A stretch of 48,126 bases of DNA from Phycisphaerae bacterium (GTDB taxonomy: Bacteria > Planctomycetota > Phycisphaerae > SM23-33), in NCBI GenBank assembly GCA_046539045.1, contig JBKHHU010000003.1, positions 1 to 48,126 on the forward strand. The letters run 5' to 3'. Below, piece by piece: positions 20,307 through 30,186 of this stretch (the stretch's first letter is position 1; the number at the start of each line of letters is the position of its first letter). The position numbers were made by a program, and so were the translations under genes. The notes under the pieces were generated by a model. That model was not told the origin of the DNA. It saw nothing but the letters and a program-made list of their open reading frames with translations, and did not search any database.

Positions 20307-20577
20307 GACGGCGGATCCTTTCCTTCAACTGCCTGTGCGAGACCGCCTGTGGCAGATAGCAGCTATCGCCACGGCTGCAGCTCCTGCAGGCATAGTCGTT
20401 GATGCAGGTTTCCTTATCGCGGTCGACGCCTTTGGCATTGATGCTTCGCACACCCAGCGTTCCGGTGATCGCGGCGAGCCCGCCCAAGCCGGCCAGCCTT
20501 CCGAATTTCCGAAACGCTTCCCGTCGGCTGATCCGCCGCTGGTGGGCTGCGTCTTGTCTGGTCGATTTATCTTTCAT
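20299..20577 (-). CDS. Small twin-arginine membrane protein with a 4-Cys motif
   Basis: SRREAFRK followed by a hydrophobic helix. C-x5-C-x2-C-x5-C-x-LP motif. Overlaps both neighbours. Confidence 0.75.
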   Translation of the reverse strand: MKDKSTRQDAAHQRRISRREAFRKFGRLAGLGGLAAITGTLGVRSINAKGVDRDKETCINDYACRSCSRGDSCYLPQAVSHRQLKERIRRHG

Positions 20578-21623
20578 TGGCTTTTCCGTTCCAGGATACG
20601 GACAAGGCGTCCGATGGGGTCGAGGACAACGACTCGTCCCTTGGAATCCACCGCCACGTCCAGAGCCTTCTGAATATTGTCACCGGTAAGCACGAGATTC
20701 CGCGAACTCCACCGATCGACAACCTGTCGCGGTGAAAGGACCACGCTCTCAAGCTTCCCGGCCTGTCCGGTCCCGTGATCCGGATGAAACACCTTTACTG
20801 TGGGCAGGGCGCCCTTCTCGGCTGTGACAATCCCACCGTCGGGAAGCACAGCGATATTGACCGGGTTACAGCATCCTATGAAGTTCTCAATTTCCTGCCC
20901 CGGCTTGCCCCAGAAGAAGGACCGCTTCCCGTTGAGGGTGTAGGCGTTGACTTCCAACAACCCGCACTGGGTCACCCGGAGCAGTCCGTCGTTGGCCATC
21001 GCCACATCCAGGTGCCCGCTCTTGGCCCGTTTGACTTCGGCGATGGTCATCAGCAGCGAACCATCTTTGCCGAATCGATACACGGCCCGGTTTCCCGCAT
21101 CGCCGACGAAGATGTTGTCTCCATGAACCGCAATGGACGCCAGTTCGGCCTGGTCATTGATTCGCCAGCCGCTCGGATCGCCCCCGTCCGGAGGCAGGAT
21201 GTATACTTCCTGCGGCAGGGCCAGCAGGATGGTTCCATCCGTATCGACGGCCACCCCGCGAACAGGCTGCTTCAGCGCCAGTTCCTCGCGAATGGTTCCG
21301 TCGTTGGAATAGATTCGCAGGCCCTGGTCACCGGCGACATAAAGGCTGTCGTCCGGGCCGACGGCGATGGCCCGCGGCGTGTTAAAGCCGCTGGAGAAAC
21401 TGGTCACTTCCGTCCACTTCAGCAGTGCCGGGTCGACCGGTCTCTGGCCTTCGAACTTGTAAATCCAGTTCTCGCTCAGGCCGGACCCGCTCTCGCCGGT
21501 GGTGTCATTGAGCAGCACGATCAACACGGTAGCGACAATCCCACCGACGATGACCAGTCCGATCAGGACGTTGGCAAGCACACCGGCAGCGTGCGTTTTG
21601 GATTTCCGTAGGCTCTTGGTCAT
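20574..21623 (-). CDS. Membrane-anchored NHL-repeat beta-propeller protein
   Basis: N-terminal TM helix. PRAIAVGPDDSLYVAG, GVAVDTDGTI, GDNIFVGDAGNRAVYRF and DVAVDSKGRVVVLDP repeats. Contains FIGCCNP. Confidence 0.85.
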   Translation of the reverse strand: MTKSLRKSKTHAAGVLANVLIGLVIVGGIVATVLIVLLNDTTGESGSGLSENWIYKFEGQRPVDPALLKWTEVTSFSSGFNTPRAIAVGPDDSLYVAGDQGLRIYSNDGTIREELALKQPVRGVAVDTDGTILLALPQEVYILPPDGGDPSGWRINDQAELASIAVHGDNIFVGDAGNRAVYRFGKDGSLLMTIAEVKRAKSGHLDVAMANDGLLRVTQCGLLEVNAYTLNGKRSFFWGKPGQEIENFIGCCNPVNIAVLPDGGIVTAEKGALPTVKVFHPDHGTGQAGKLESVVLSPRQVVDRWSSRNLVLTGDNIQKALDVAVDSKGRVVVLDPIGRLVRILERKSQ

Positions 21624-21648
21624 ATTGGGGAATGCCTTGGGCTTCTGA

Positions 21649-23088
21649 TTACTCGGATGCTCGCAGGTCCAGGCAGATGAGCGTATCGACGTCGCGGCAG
21701 ATCAATCGGCCGTCGACCAGCGCCATCGGAGCAAAAGCGTCATGCCCGTGGAGGACTTTTGCTTTGGCCATTTCGCGGTAACCACTGGTGCTCGCCTCGA
21801 CCAGGCGCAGTTCGCCCCGGTCACCGAGAACAATGATCATCCCGTCGGCGATGATGAACGGGCCGAGACCGAACCGGGCCGACCGGCCGGATGCCCAGAC
21901 TCTCGATCCATCGTCCGGGTTCAGGCAGACCAGTTGCTCGCTCATTCTGCCGATTTGCTTGGGCAGTATGCCGAACAGGTGCTCCTGGTAGTAGATCGGC
22001 GTCTGCTGTTCGGTACCGAAGCCTCTGGGCGGACGCGTCCGCCAAAGCACCTCGTGACTGATTTTTTCTCCGTCCCAGCTGAGCTTGAACATCGCCGCGC
22101 CGGTTCCGTACCCGGCAGAGAACATGATCCGGTTGTCGTCGAGGATTGCGGGGCTGGGTGCACTGGCGGTTTTGTAGTCCCAGTCGGATGTCTGCCAGAG
22201 CAGCTTGCCCGCGTCGGCAAGCTCTGCGGATACCGCCGCCACCCCGCCGGTAAAGACGCAGGTGTAGATCTTCTTACCGTCGATCGTGGTCGGCATGATC
22301 GACGAATGGGTCATCGCCCAACGCTTCTGGTTGGGCGTCTTCCAGGTGATCTCGCCGGTTTTGAGGTCGAAGCCCGCGTACAGGATATCGGTTCCGCCGA
22401 TGGCGATTACCGCGGTGCCGTTTTCAATGATCGGCCCCTGCCCGGCGTACCATTCGGGGACGATCGCCCCGAACTCCTTGACCAAGTCCTTTTGCCAATA
22501 GACGTTCCCGGTCACCGGATCCATGCAGGTCAGGTGCAGTTTGGGCCCCAGCGCGACCAGGTACTTGTCTGTCACGGCAGGGACAATTCGACTCATGCCG
22601 TGGTAATCCCGGATGTCGACCGGATAGGAGAAGCTCCAGATGTCCTCGCCGTCGGTCAGGGAGAAACAGCGGATGACGTCCCGCTTCTCGGAGGCATCGT
22701 AATCATGCAGGTATGCCCTTCCGTTCCAGACGGCCACCCCGGCGTGCCCGAGACCGACCTCTTTTTCCCAGACCACGGGAGGCTTCCCGCCTTCCCACTT
22801 CCGGGCCAGCGGTGTCTGTTGGGTGACAGTATTATCCCTTCCGGGCCCCATGAACTGCGGCCAATTGGCGGTGATCTCTTCCGACGGCTCGCCGCTTCCT
22901 GCCGTCAGGATGGGCTTGCCCTCGATATTGCCGGCTGTGCCGACATCGGTGAGGGCTTTTTCCATTCCGGGAACACGCACTTCCACGTCCAGGCGGGGGT
23001 CTGCTGAGCGGACGTACTGGATGCCCAGCACGCCGGCGATCAGGATCCCGGTAACCAAAACTATTCCGATTGCAACGCGCATGGGCAC
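21649..23088 (-). CDS. Exported PQQ-like beta-propeller protein
   Basis: N-terminal TM/signal helix, NWPQFMGPGRDN, GxxxW blades and C-terminal GRLICRD..LICLDL. Confidence 0.87.
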   Translation of the reverse strand: MPMRVAIGIVLVTGILIAGVLGIQYVRSADPRLDVEVRVPGMEKALTDVGTAGNIEGKPILTAGSGEPSEEITANWPQFMGPGRDNTVTQQTPLARKWEGGKPPVVWEKEVGLGHAGVAVWNGRAYLHDYDASEKRDVIRCFSLTDGEDIWSFSYPVDIRDYHGMSRIVPAVTDKYLVALGPKLHLTCMDPVTGNVYWQKDLVKEFGAIVPEWYAGQGPIIENGTAVIAIGGTDILYAGFDLKTGEITWKTPNQKRWAMTHSSIMPTTIDGKKIYTCVFTGGVAAVSAELADAGKLLWQTSDWDYKTASAPSPAILDDNRIMFSAGYGTGAAMFKLSWDGEKISHEVLWRTRPPRGFGTEQQTPIYYQEHLFGILPKQIGRMSEQLVCLNPDDGSRVWASGRSARFGLGPFIIADGMIIVLGDRGELRLVEASTSGYREMAKAKVLHGHDAFAPMALVDGRLICRDVDTLICLDLRASE

Positions 23089-23169
23089 TTCCAGATAAAG
23101 GCCATTCCTCTACTCTCTACCATAACACATCACCGTGGCAGACGTACCGCAGAACAGGCAAAAAAACCG

Positions 23170-26100
23170 TCACTCATTCCGCAATGCTCCCAGCAACGAG
23201 CCGCGAACCGCGAGCCCGGATGCCAAAAGTGTCCAGACTATACCAGAAACGAAAATACCCACAAGAGTCAGTGTCAGCGAGACGTAAGGCATACCGGCAT
23301 CCGGTGACCGCAACGCAGGCAGAACCGCAATAATCGCCGAAATTACGCCGATCACCAGCCCGAGCAGCAGGAGCAACCAATGCTCGGCCAGCACCATCCA
23401 CACCAGTCGAAGCCTGGCGAAACCGACCGCCCGCAGGAGCGCCAGCTCGTCGCGACGTTCCAGGACGTTCCGCAGCACCACAAGTGCCAGACCAATGCTC
23501 CCGAGGACCATCCCCAGACCACCGAGAATCTGGAAGATGCTCAGATAGGTGTTCTCGACCTGCTTGAAGTCCTTCAGCCGCTGGACGGTCGGAGTCCATT
23601 CCGCGGCGACCGGCTCCATCGCCTGGGTCAGGTTCGCCCGAACCTGGTCCACCTTCTCCGGCGGAGTGTCCATCAGCAGGAGGCTGTATCCGGCCTGGGA
23701 GGGGAAACGCCGCTGGAAATCGGCTTCCGAGATGATCAGGCTGCCCTGCAGGACGGAACTTCCGATAATGCCGACGATTTCCACCTGGAAATCCTCTCCA
23801 TTCTCGCCGGTGTAGGTCATCCGGTCGCCGATGCCTTTGCCCAGTCCCCACTGCAGCGTCGGAGCGTCTCCGATGGCGGGGACGACACCTTCTTCGAGCT
23901 GACGGTCGAGCACCAACCATGGATCGTCTGGCGGCGCCTCATCGGATACTTTGACGAATTCGAAAGCGTCCCGCCGAGCCATCGCCTGCGGATCGCCCCC
24001 AAGCAGGCGGGGCCGCTGGGCGCGGTTCAGGTTCAGGCAACTGGCATCATCGCCGGGCTGGACCCGCAGATATACCGCGTCGAGATTCTCGACATCCTCC
24101 TGCTTGAGCAGGAACTGCCGGCGGCCTTTCTCGGAGGACAGCTTGTGATAGATCGGCAGGGACAGCTCGCCGTAGAGCTGGAATCCGCCGGTCGGAGAGT
24201 TCCGCTGGTTGGAGTTGCGCGACGGACTCGGCCTGTTGGCGCCGACGGTGACAATCAGAAAGCTTCCGCACGCCAGCAACGCGATGGTCGCCAGGCTTCT
24301 GCCCCGGCGGCGGGATGAGTTACGCAGCCCCACCTCGGCCACGCTCAGCCGGCCGGTGCTGGCCCGTCGGGAGAGCGTCGTCAGCAGCGTCCCAGAGAGC
24401 ATCAACCCGCCGACCAGCAGCATGGAACCGGCACCAAAGAAGGTTCCGGCAGCGCCCGTGCCTCGACCGGCCTCGGTCATGGCCACCAGCACGATCGCCC
24501 CGGCGATCAATGCCAAACCGCCCCAGAGCCCCCAGCGCCTGCCGCCGCGAGGCTTTCCGAGCCTCAATTCGCGGTCCGAACCGGACTGGAGCAATTCGGT
24601 GGCTGAGGCCTTCGTCTGCCTGCGGATGGTCAACCAGATCGCGAGGCTCGCCACGGCAGTGCCCGCCAGCACACCGATCACGACAGTGCCCGGGTCCAGG
24701 TGGAATTCAAGCGGAGTATCGGCGATCGCCCCGGACCAGACTCCTCGCAGCGCCCCCAGAACCAGCATGGTGTATACGATCCCGCCGACGACGCCCAGCA
24801 CGCTGCCGGCCAGTGACAGGACAGCCCCCTCCGCCAGCAGCAACCGTCGTACACGCCGGGGCGGGAAACCGATCGCCAGCAGCGTGCCGATTTCTCCGGA
24901 CCGCTGCTCCACACCGAACACGAACAGCAATGCCGTCAGCAGCACCGCCGCGATGATCAGGAAGAAACTCAGCGAGACAAAGAGCACGCGGAAATCCAAT
25001 GCCTCGCTCGTGGCGTCCAAGGCCAGTTGCCGCACCGGCTGGAATACCAGCCCGTAATCCTGAGGATCCAGCGACCGGCGCACGCTCTCAGCCACCTGCT
25101 GCTCGGTTCGCCCGGCCTTGCTGACGCGGATCGCGGTCAGATTCCCGAAGCGGTTGGCCCACAACTGTCGGGCCTTCTCGAGCGTCACGAAGCCCTTGCT
25201 CGTCCCGCCGTAGGTGATCCAGTAGGTATTCAGGTCCTCGCGTTGCTGCTCGGGCAGCGCGTTGATGTCGATGTCGATTCCCGGATCCCATTCATCGCAG
25301 CTCTGTTTGCCGTACAGGCCCGGGAATTTCGGGAGCAGCGCCGGGTCCACGGCCGCACCTTCCAGCGGCACGATCTCGCTGACCTGCAGCTCGGCGGACT
25401 CTTCCACCAGTTCCCGCGACGGTCCGAAGTCGTAGTACTCCACCGTCAGCGAGTCACCCGGTTTCGCGCCGAGGCGCTTGGCCGTCCAATCGTTCAGCAC
25501 GATCCCATCGGTCGGCATATCGTCCGGAACAAGGGTCTCCACGGGCGGCAGATCCCCGGCTGGGCTGGTTTGACTTTGCGGGGAAAGCCTGCCCACTCCG
25601 CTGACCGTCGCGTAAGGAACGGTCTTCTCGCCGACGATCATCCGGTTTACGAAATACGTAAACACACCGGTCGTCGTCGGCTCGACGCCTGCAATCGACC
25701 GTCCCAACTCAGGATCCAGAAACACCCGGTCGCTGCGGATTTCCACAACGTTTCTGCCCTCCAGCGGCCGGTACTCCAGCTCCAGATCGGCGAGTCGGAA
25801 GTTCTTTTTCAATGACGAGCGGAGCGTTTCCCGGCTGGGGGAGCCTTCTTTGTCGGCTCCGATGAGCAGCAGATTGGCCTTGCCGGGCTTTTCGAGTAAC
25901 GTCTGCAGCGTTTCGCGTCGCAGGAATATGTTGCTTGGTGGGATCTGGTTGGCCCGCATGCTGAACTTGCCGTACTGTTCGTCACCGACCACCGCGAACA
26001 CAACCGCACTGCGGCTGAGCGTGTGGCTGTCTGCCTTGCTGAGGGGCGCATCGCGCGAAATGTCGCTGATTCTCTGCAGACGAATGCGGACGGTGTCGCC

Positions 26101-26544
26101 CTTGCTCACGCCCAGCCGGTTCGCGAGCCTCTGATTGATCGCGATCTGGATGTTCTGCGTGTCGTCAGGCGCTGCGGCAAGGGGATCCTCTGCGCCCCCA
26201 AGCTTCCAGAACCCGCTGCCGACACCATTGATCTGCACTTGGTTGACGCGTGCTTCATCGGTCCCGACCGATCCCTGGACCTGCAACATCGCTTCGACCA
26301 TGGGCAGGTCTTCGGCCATGTCGTCGGCCAATTCCGTCCGGAAGAAACGGTTCATCGCGGGCAACGCATACTGAACCCTGCCGAGCCGGTCACGCGCGAT
26401 GTTGTTGAGCGTGTAATGTACTGAATCGCCCACCGTCAGGGCGCCCACGAGCACCGTGGATGCGACAACGGCCCCGAGCAGCACGCCCAGGTTCGTCCGC
26501 CAGTAATGTTTCAGGCTCTTGCCGATGAGCTTGAGACTGTTCAT
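23170..26544 (-). CDS. Double-length MacB/FtsX-type (type VII) ABC transporter permease
   Basis: Two FtsX-like halves (EQRSGEIGTLLAIGF and ERRDELALLRAVGF), each after a large periplasmic domain. 1124 aa. Confidence 0.92.
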   Translation of the reverse strand: MNSLKLIGKSLKHYWRTNLGVLLGAVVASTVLVGALTVGDSVHYTLNNIARDRLGRVQYALPAMNRFFRTELADDMAEDLPMVEAMLQVQGSVGTDEARVNQVQINGVGSGFWKLGGAEDPLAAAPDDTQNIQIAINQRLANRLGVSKGDTVRIRLQRISDISRDAPLSKADSHTLSRSAVVFAVVGDEQYGKFSMRANQIPPSNIFLRRETLQTLLEKPGKANLLLIGADKEGSPSRETLRSSLKKNFRLADLELEYRPLEGRNVVEIRSDRVFLDPELGRSIAGVEPTTTGVFTYFVNRMIVGEKTVPYATVSGVGRLSPQSQTSPAGDLPPVETLVPDDMPTDGIVLNDWTAKRLGAKPGDSLTVEYYDFGPSRELVEESAELQVSEIVPLEGAAVDPALLPKFPGLYGKQSCDEWDPGIDIDINALPEQQREDLNTYWITYGGTSKGFVTLEKARQLWANRFGNLTAIRVSKAGRTEQQVAESVRRSLDPQDYGLVFQPVRQLALDATSEALDFRVLFVSLSFFLIIAAVLLTALLFVFGVEQRSGEIGTLLAIGFPPRRVRRLLLAEGAVLSLAGSVLGVVGGIVYTMLVLGALRGVWSGAIADTPLEFHLDPGTVVIGVLAGTAVASLAIWLTIRRQTKASATELLQSGSDRELRLGKPRGGRRWGLWGGLALIAGAIVLVAMTEAGRGTGAAGTFFGAGSMLLVGGLMLSGTLLTTLSRRASTGRLSVAEVGLRNSSRRRGRSLATIALLACGSFLIVTVGANRPSPSRNSNQRNSPTGGFQLYGELSLPIYHKLSSEKGRRQFLLKQEDVENLDAVYLRVQPGDDASCLNLNRAQRPRLLGGDPQAMARRDAFEFVKVSDEAPPDDPWLVLDRQLEEGVVPAIGDAPTLQWGLGKGIGDRMTYTGENGEDFQVEIVGIIGSSVLQGSLIISEADFQRRFPSQAGYSLLLMDTPPEKVDQVRANLTQAMEPVAAEWTPTVQRLKDFKQVENTYLSIFQILGGLGMVLGSIGLALVVLRNVLERRDELALLRAVGFARLRLVWMVLAEHWLLLLLGLVIGVISAIIAVLPALRSPDAGMPYVSLTLTLVGIFVSGIVWTLLASGLAVRGSLLGALRNE

Positions 26545-27242
26545 GCCGAAGCACCTGCTTCCACGAGTTGTCCGTCACGAAGATGGGCGATTGAGCCCAT
26601 TTTCTCCGCAAGGTCTGTTGCGTGTGTAACCATCACGACCGTTACGCCTTCCTCTTCATTCAACTCGCTGAGTAACCCGACCAGTTCCGCAGCTCGTGAG
26701 TGGTCGAGTGAACCGGTCGGCTCGTCGGCCAGCAGCAGCTTTGGCCGGTTGATCAGCGCTCGCACTACGGCGACTCGCTGGCGTTCCCCGCCGGAGAGCT
26801 GCCCCGGCCGGTGCGACAGCCGCTCGGACAGCCCCACGCGGTCCAGAAGACGCTTTGCCCGGTCTTCGGGCTGCTCGGCCGTGTCGGCGGTCGGGCCGGC
26901 CAGTGTCGGCACCAAAACGTTCTCCAGCAGCGTGCACTGGGGCAGCAGGTGGTGCAACTGGAAGATGAACCCGATGCTGTTGCGGCGGACTTCCGCGGTC
27001 TCCTTGTCGTCCAGGCTCGTGATGTCCCTGCCGTCCAGCAGCACCTTTCCCTCGTTGGGCTTGTCCAGCGTGCCGATGATGTTCAACAACGTGGTCTTGC
27101 CGGATCCGCTCGGGCCGACGATCGACAGCGTCTGCCCCTGCTCCAGCGAGAGAGAGACCCCACTGAGTACCTCCGGTCCGGGGCTGCCGCCGGGAGATTC
27201 ATACCGCCGCGTTACATTCTGCACTTCCAGTAGGTTGCTCAT
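26541..27242 (-). CDS. ABC transporter ATP-binding protein (LolD/MacB type)
   Basis: GPSGSGKTT, IGFIFQ, LSGGERQRVA, LLADEPTG and MVTH. Confidence 0.96.
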   Translation of the reverse strand: MSNLLEVQNVTRRYESPGGSPGPEVLSGVSLSLEQGQTLSIVGPSGSGKTTLLNIIGTLDKPNEGKVLLDGRDITSLDDKETAEVRRNSIGFIFQLHHLLPQCTLLENVLVPTLAGPTADTAEQPEDRAKRLLDRVGLSERLSHRPGQLSGGERQRVAVVRALINRPKLLLADEPTGSLDHSRAAELVGLLSELNEEEGVTVVMVTHATDLAEKMGSIAHLRDGQLVEAGASA

Positions 27243-27246
27243 GTCC

Positions 27247-28557
27247 TCAGTCCGTTGCTTTGGAATCGTCTTGGGTTACACGCTCGTACAGGTTCACCAA
27301 TTCGTCGGCCTGTCGGCGAACGTCGAACTTCTCGCGGACGGCGCGACTTGCTTCCACACCGATCTGCCGGACCCGGTCCGGATGCTCCAGCATCTCCGCG
27401 AGTTTCTCAGCCAGCGAGGCCGGGTCCTCCGGGCGGAACAACATCCCCCCGCCGGTCTGACCGATCAGTTCCGGAAATACCCCCGCCGACGGCTGGACAA
27501 CCGGCACTCCGCACGCCAGCGACTCCAGCACGTAAGTGCCTGCTGCCTCACCGCGTCGGGCGGGCACGCTCAGTACCGTCAGTCCGCGTAGATACTCGGT
27601 CTTTTGATCGCCGAAAAGGTTGCCCAGCAGTTCCACGTCATCGTTGCACCCGCCATCGGCCAGGATCTGGCGAATTTTCTCGATGTATTTCTCGTCGGCG
27701 TCGACGTGTCCACCGGCGGCCCGGAGCTTGAGATCCCGGAAGCGCTCGTCCTGTTTGAGCAGAACAAACGCCGAAGCCAGAATGTCCAGGCCCTTTTCCG
27801 GGTACATGCGTGAAAGGAAACCGATGGTCGGTTCGGCTGGGGGTTCGGACGCCGGGCAATAGTCTTCCACGTCCAACCCGTTGCGGATTACGTGAATCTT
27901 CTCTTTCTCCAGTCCGATGCGCTCGGCCATTTCCTCGGCGAAGTATTCGCTCCCGGAGACAAAGGCAGCTACATCGTCGCTGCCCTTCCGCATCAGTTCG
28001 ATAACGCGCTGAAGATGCTCGGGGAGCAGGTCGTCCAGAAATTCATCCTCATCCTGCAGCATGCAGATGATCGGCACATCCAGCGACTTCCGGATGCGGT
28101 GGGCCAGCCCGACCAGGAGAATGCTTGAAAGCACGACCACGTCCGGTCTCTCCTGTTCCTGCAGAAACCCCACCAGCCGGTTGAGTTCCTTCACCTGCCT
28201 GCCCTGCTCACCCCGGAGCATGGAGATGGCGGTCTCACCGAGAATCCGGGGGCTGGTCATCCCGGTCTTCTTGCCGGCCCACCGAAGCAGCGGCATGGCG
28301 TCGAACAGCTTGTCCATCCACCGCGGGGTTCTCCGGAAGAGGCTGAATTTCTGCTGGAGGTAGACGTTGACCCCACCGTAGAAAATCGGGGCGGTCTGGC
28401 CTTCACCCGGGTTCATGTCCACCGGAGGCAGGTACAACGGGACCATCATTCCATCGTGGCCCTGGCTGCGGATCGCGCGGATCACCGCCTTGTCTCGAAG
28501 GCAGTTCTCGCAGTAGAAGTTGTCTCCCGAGCCGGGAGTTATGTGCAGAATCCGCAT
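27247..28557 (-). CDS. Glycosyltransferase family 4 (GT-B)
   Basis: MRILHITPG, VIRNG, IGFLSRMYPEKGLDIL and E-x7-E motif EAAGTYVLESLACGVPVV. Confidence 0.9.
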   Translation of the reverse strand: MRILHITPGSGDNFYCENCLRDKAVIRAIRSQGHDGMMVPLYLPPVDMNPGEGQTAPIFYGGVNVYLQQKFSLFRRTPRWMDKLFDAMPLLRWAGKKTGMTSPRILGETAISMLRGEQGRQVKELNRLVGFLQEQERPDVVVLSSILLVGLAHRIRKSLDVPIICMLQDEDEFLDDLLPEHLQRVIELMRKGSDDVAAFVSGSEYFAEEMAERIGLEKEKIHVIRNGLDVEDYCPASEPPAEPTIGFLSRMYPEKGLDILASAFVLLKQDERFRDLKLRAAGGHVDADEKYIEKIRQILADGGCNDDVELLGNLFGDQKTEYLRGLTVLSVPARRGEAAGTYVLESLACGVPVVQPSAGVFPELIGQTGGGMLFRPEDPASLAEKLAEMLEHPDRVRQIGVEASRAVREKFDVRRQADELVNLYERVTQDDSKATD

Positions 28558-28617
28558 CGAATCCGTCCTCTCGGATAGTTCACAACACGTCCCACCGCGC
28601 CGCGAACAGGCGCCGGG

Positions 28618-30084
28618 TTAATTCGGGCGGAATGCGTACAAATAGCCGTCCATCGCTCCGACGTAGATGTTTCCGTCCACCACAGCCGGGCTTGACGCAC
28701 TGTCGCCGATCTCGTACGACCAGATCTTCTTCCCGTCCTTAAGGCTCAGCACGTACAGGTTTCCGTCTCCGGCGCCCACAACGACCTTGTCATGGCAGAT
28801 CACCGGCGTGGAGCCGATCTTGTCACGCGTGGGAAAACTCCAGAGCTTTTTGCCGTCCTTGCGCGACAGGCAGTAGACGCTGTAATCGTCATTGCCGACC
28901 ACCACGTGATCCTTTCCGACCGCACCTGCCTGGAAATATTCGCCGTCCGCGTCGAAGAAGTCCCATAGCAACTCGCCGGTTTTCAGGTCCACGGCGCTGA
29001 AGGTCATCTCATACGTGCCGATGTAGGCCACTCCATCAGCCACAGCCGGGGCACCGGGGACGTAGGAATCCAGCAGAACGCCTTCCAATTCCTTCCCGTC
29101 CTCGATCTGCACCAGGTGCAGCATGGCGTCGCAACCGCCGAAGATGATCTTGCCGTCATGCACGGCAGAACCTTGATTGATCCGGTCGTCCGCTTCGACG
29201 CTCCAGACCTTCTTGCCGGTCTCCCCGTCCAGCGCGTAGACCTTATGGTCATAGCTGCTGAGGAAGACCCGCACCTTGTCGGTCGGCGTGGGGGCCGCGT
29301 TGACGGCGCCCTTCATGTCGCCGCCGATCTCGGCAGGATGCAGCCGAGCTTCGCCGGTTCCGGCATCCACGATACGGGTCATGTTCTCCGGAACAGCGAT
29401 GAACTCGCTCCCGCCGGGAGCATGTTGCGTTTTGGGCGATTTTGCGTTTTTCTCAGCCGACGTCTCAGCCGACGTCAATTTCCCGGTCTGACGGTCCAGC
29501 ACGTACGTCTTGCCGCGCATCCGCCGCGGATAATGCGTCCACTTTGGCTTGCCTGTGTCCGGATCGACGGCCATGACCCGCGTGTCGGAGGAGGCGACAT
29601 ATAGCATGCCTTCGTACAGACATGGCGTGCCCAGGATGGCGTCGCCGACGACCAGTTCCCATGCCTTCTTCCCGGTCTGGCGGTCGATCGCGTAGAGTTT
29701 GCCGTCATCGGCACCGGCATAGACGCGCTTGGCATCGACCACAGGGAACGACACCACCGCCCCGCCGGTTTTGAACTTCCACGCTACCGCGAAGTTGGTA
29801 CCAAGTCTGCCCTCGGCCAGGCCGCGGAAGCTGTGGGAACCACCAAAGCAGGGCCAACTGCCCTGCGAGGTGGTGATCGGTTGCACTACGGGTTGGGTTT
29901 CGGGAGACGCGGTCTGCGTCTGCGATGCCGGATCGCTTCCATCCCGTTCGGAATGATCGTCCTGCTGCGACTGCCAGTGGAAATACAGCACTCCGGTGAC
30001 AGCACCGATCAGGACCACGATGGTTAATATGGACACAGCAATTTTCATGAGCTTCAGATCAACTCGCAGAAACTTTGGTAACAT
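28618..30084 (-). CDS. Membrane-anchored PQQ-like (BamB-fold) beta-propeller protein
   Basis: N-terminal TM helix, WPCFGGS, and repeats such as VYAGADDGKLYAIDRQTGKKAW and YVGAMDGYLYAF. Start may be ATG about 12 codons downstream. Confidence 0.87.
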   Translation of the reverse strand: MLPKFLRVDLKLMKIAVSILTIVVLIGAVTGVLYFHWQSQQDDHSERDGSDPASQTQTASPETQPVVQPITTSQGSWPCFGGSHSFRGLAEGRLGTNFAVAWKFKTGGAVVSFPVVDAKRVYAGADDGKLYAIDRQTGKKAWELVVGDAILGTPCLYEGMLYVASSDTRVMAVDPDTGKPKWTHYPRRMRGKTYVLDRQTGKLTSAETSAEKNAKSPKTQHAPGGSEFIAVPENMTRIVDAGTGEARLHPAEIGGDMKGAVNAAPTPTDKVRVFLSSYDHKVYALDGETGKKVWSVEADDRINQGSAVHDGKIIFGGCDAMLHLVQIEDGKELEGVLLDSYVPGAPAVADGVAYIGTYEMTFSAVDLKTGELLWDFFDADGEYFQAGAVGKDHVVVGNDDYSVYCLSRKDGKKLWSFPTRDKIGSTPVICHDKVVVGAGDGNLYVLSLKDGKKIWSYEIGDSASSPAVVDGNIYVGAMDGYLYAFRPN

Positions 30085-30186
30085 TTCACTTTAGCCCGCT
30101 TCGGAGGCGGAAGCAAATCCGCTTGAAGCGCAGGATAACTTCATCTAAGGAACGTCTGAACGGTAGGGTAAGTTCCGCAGAATCAT

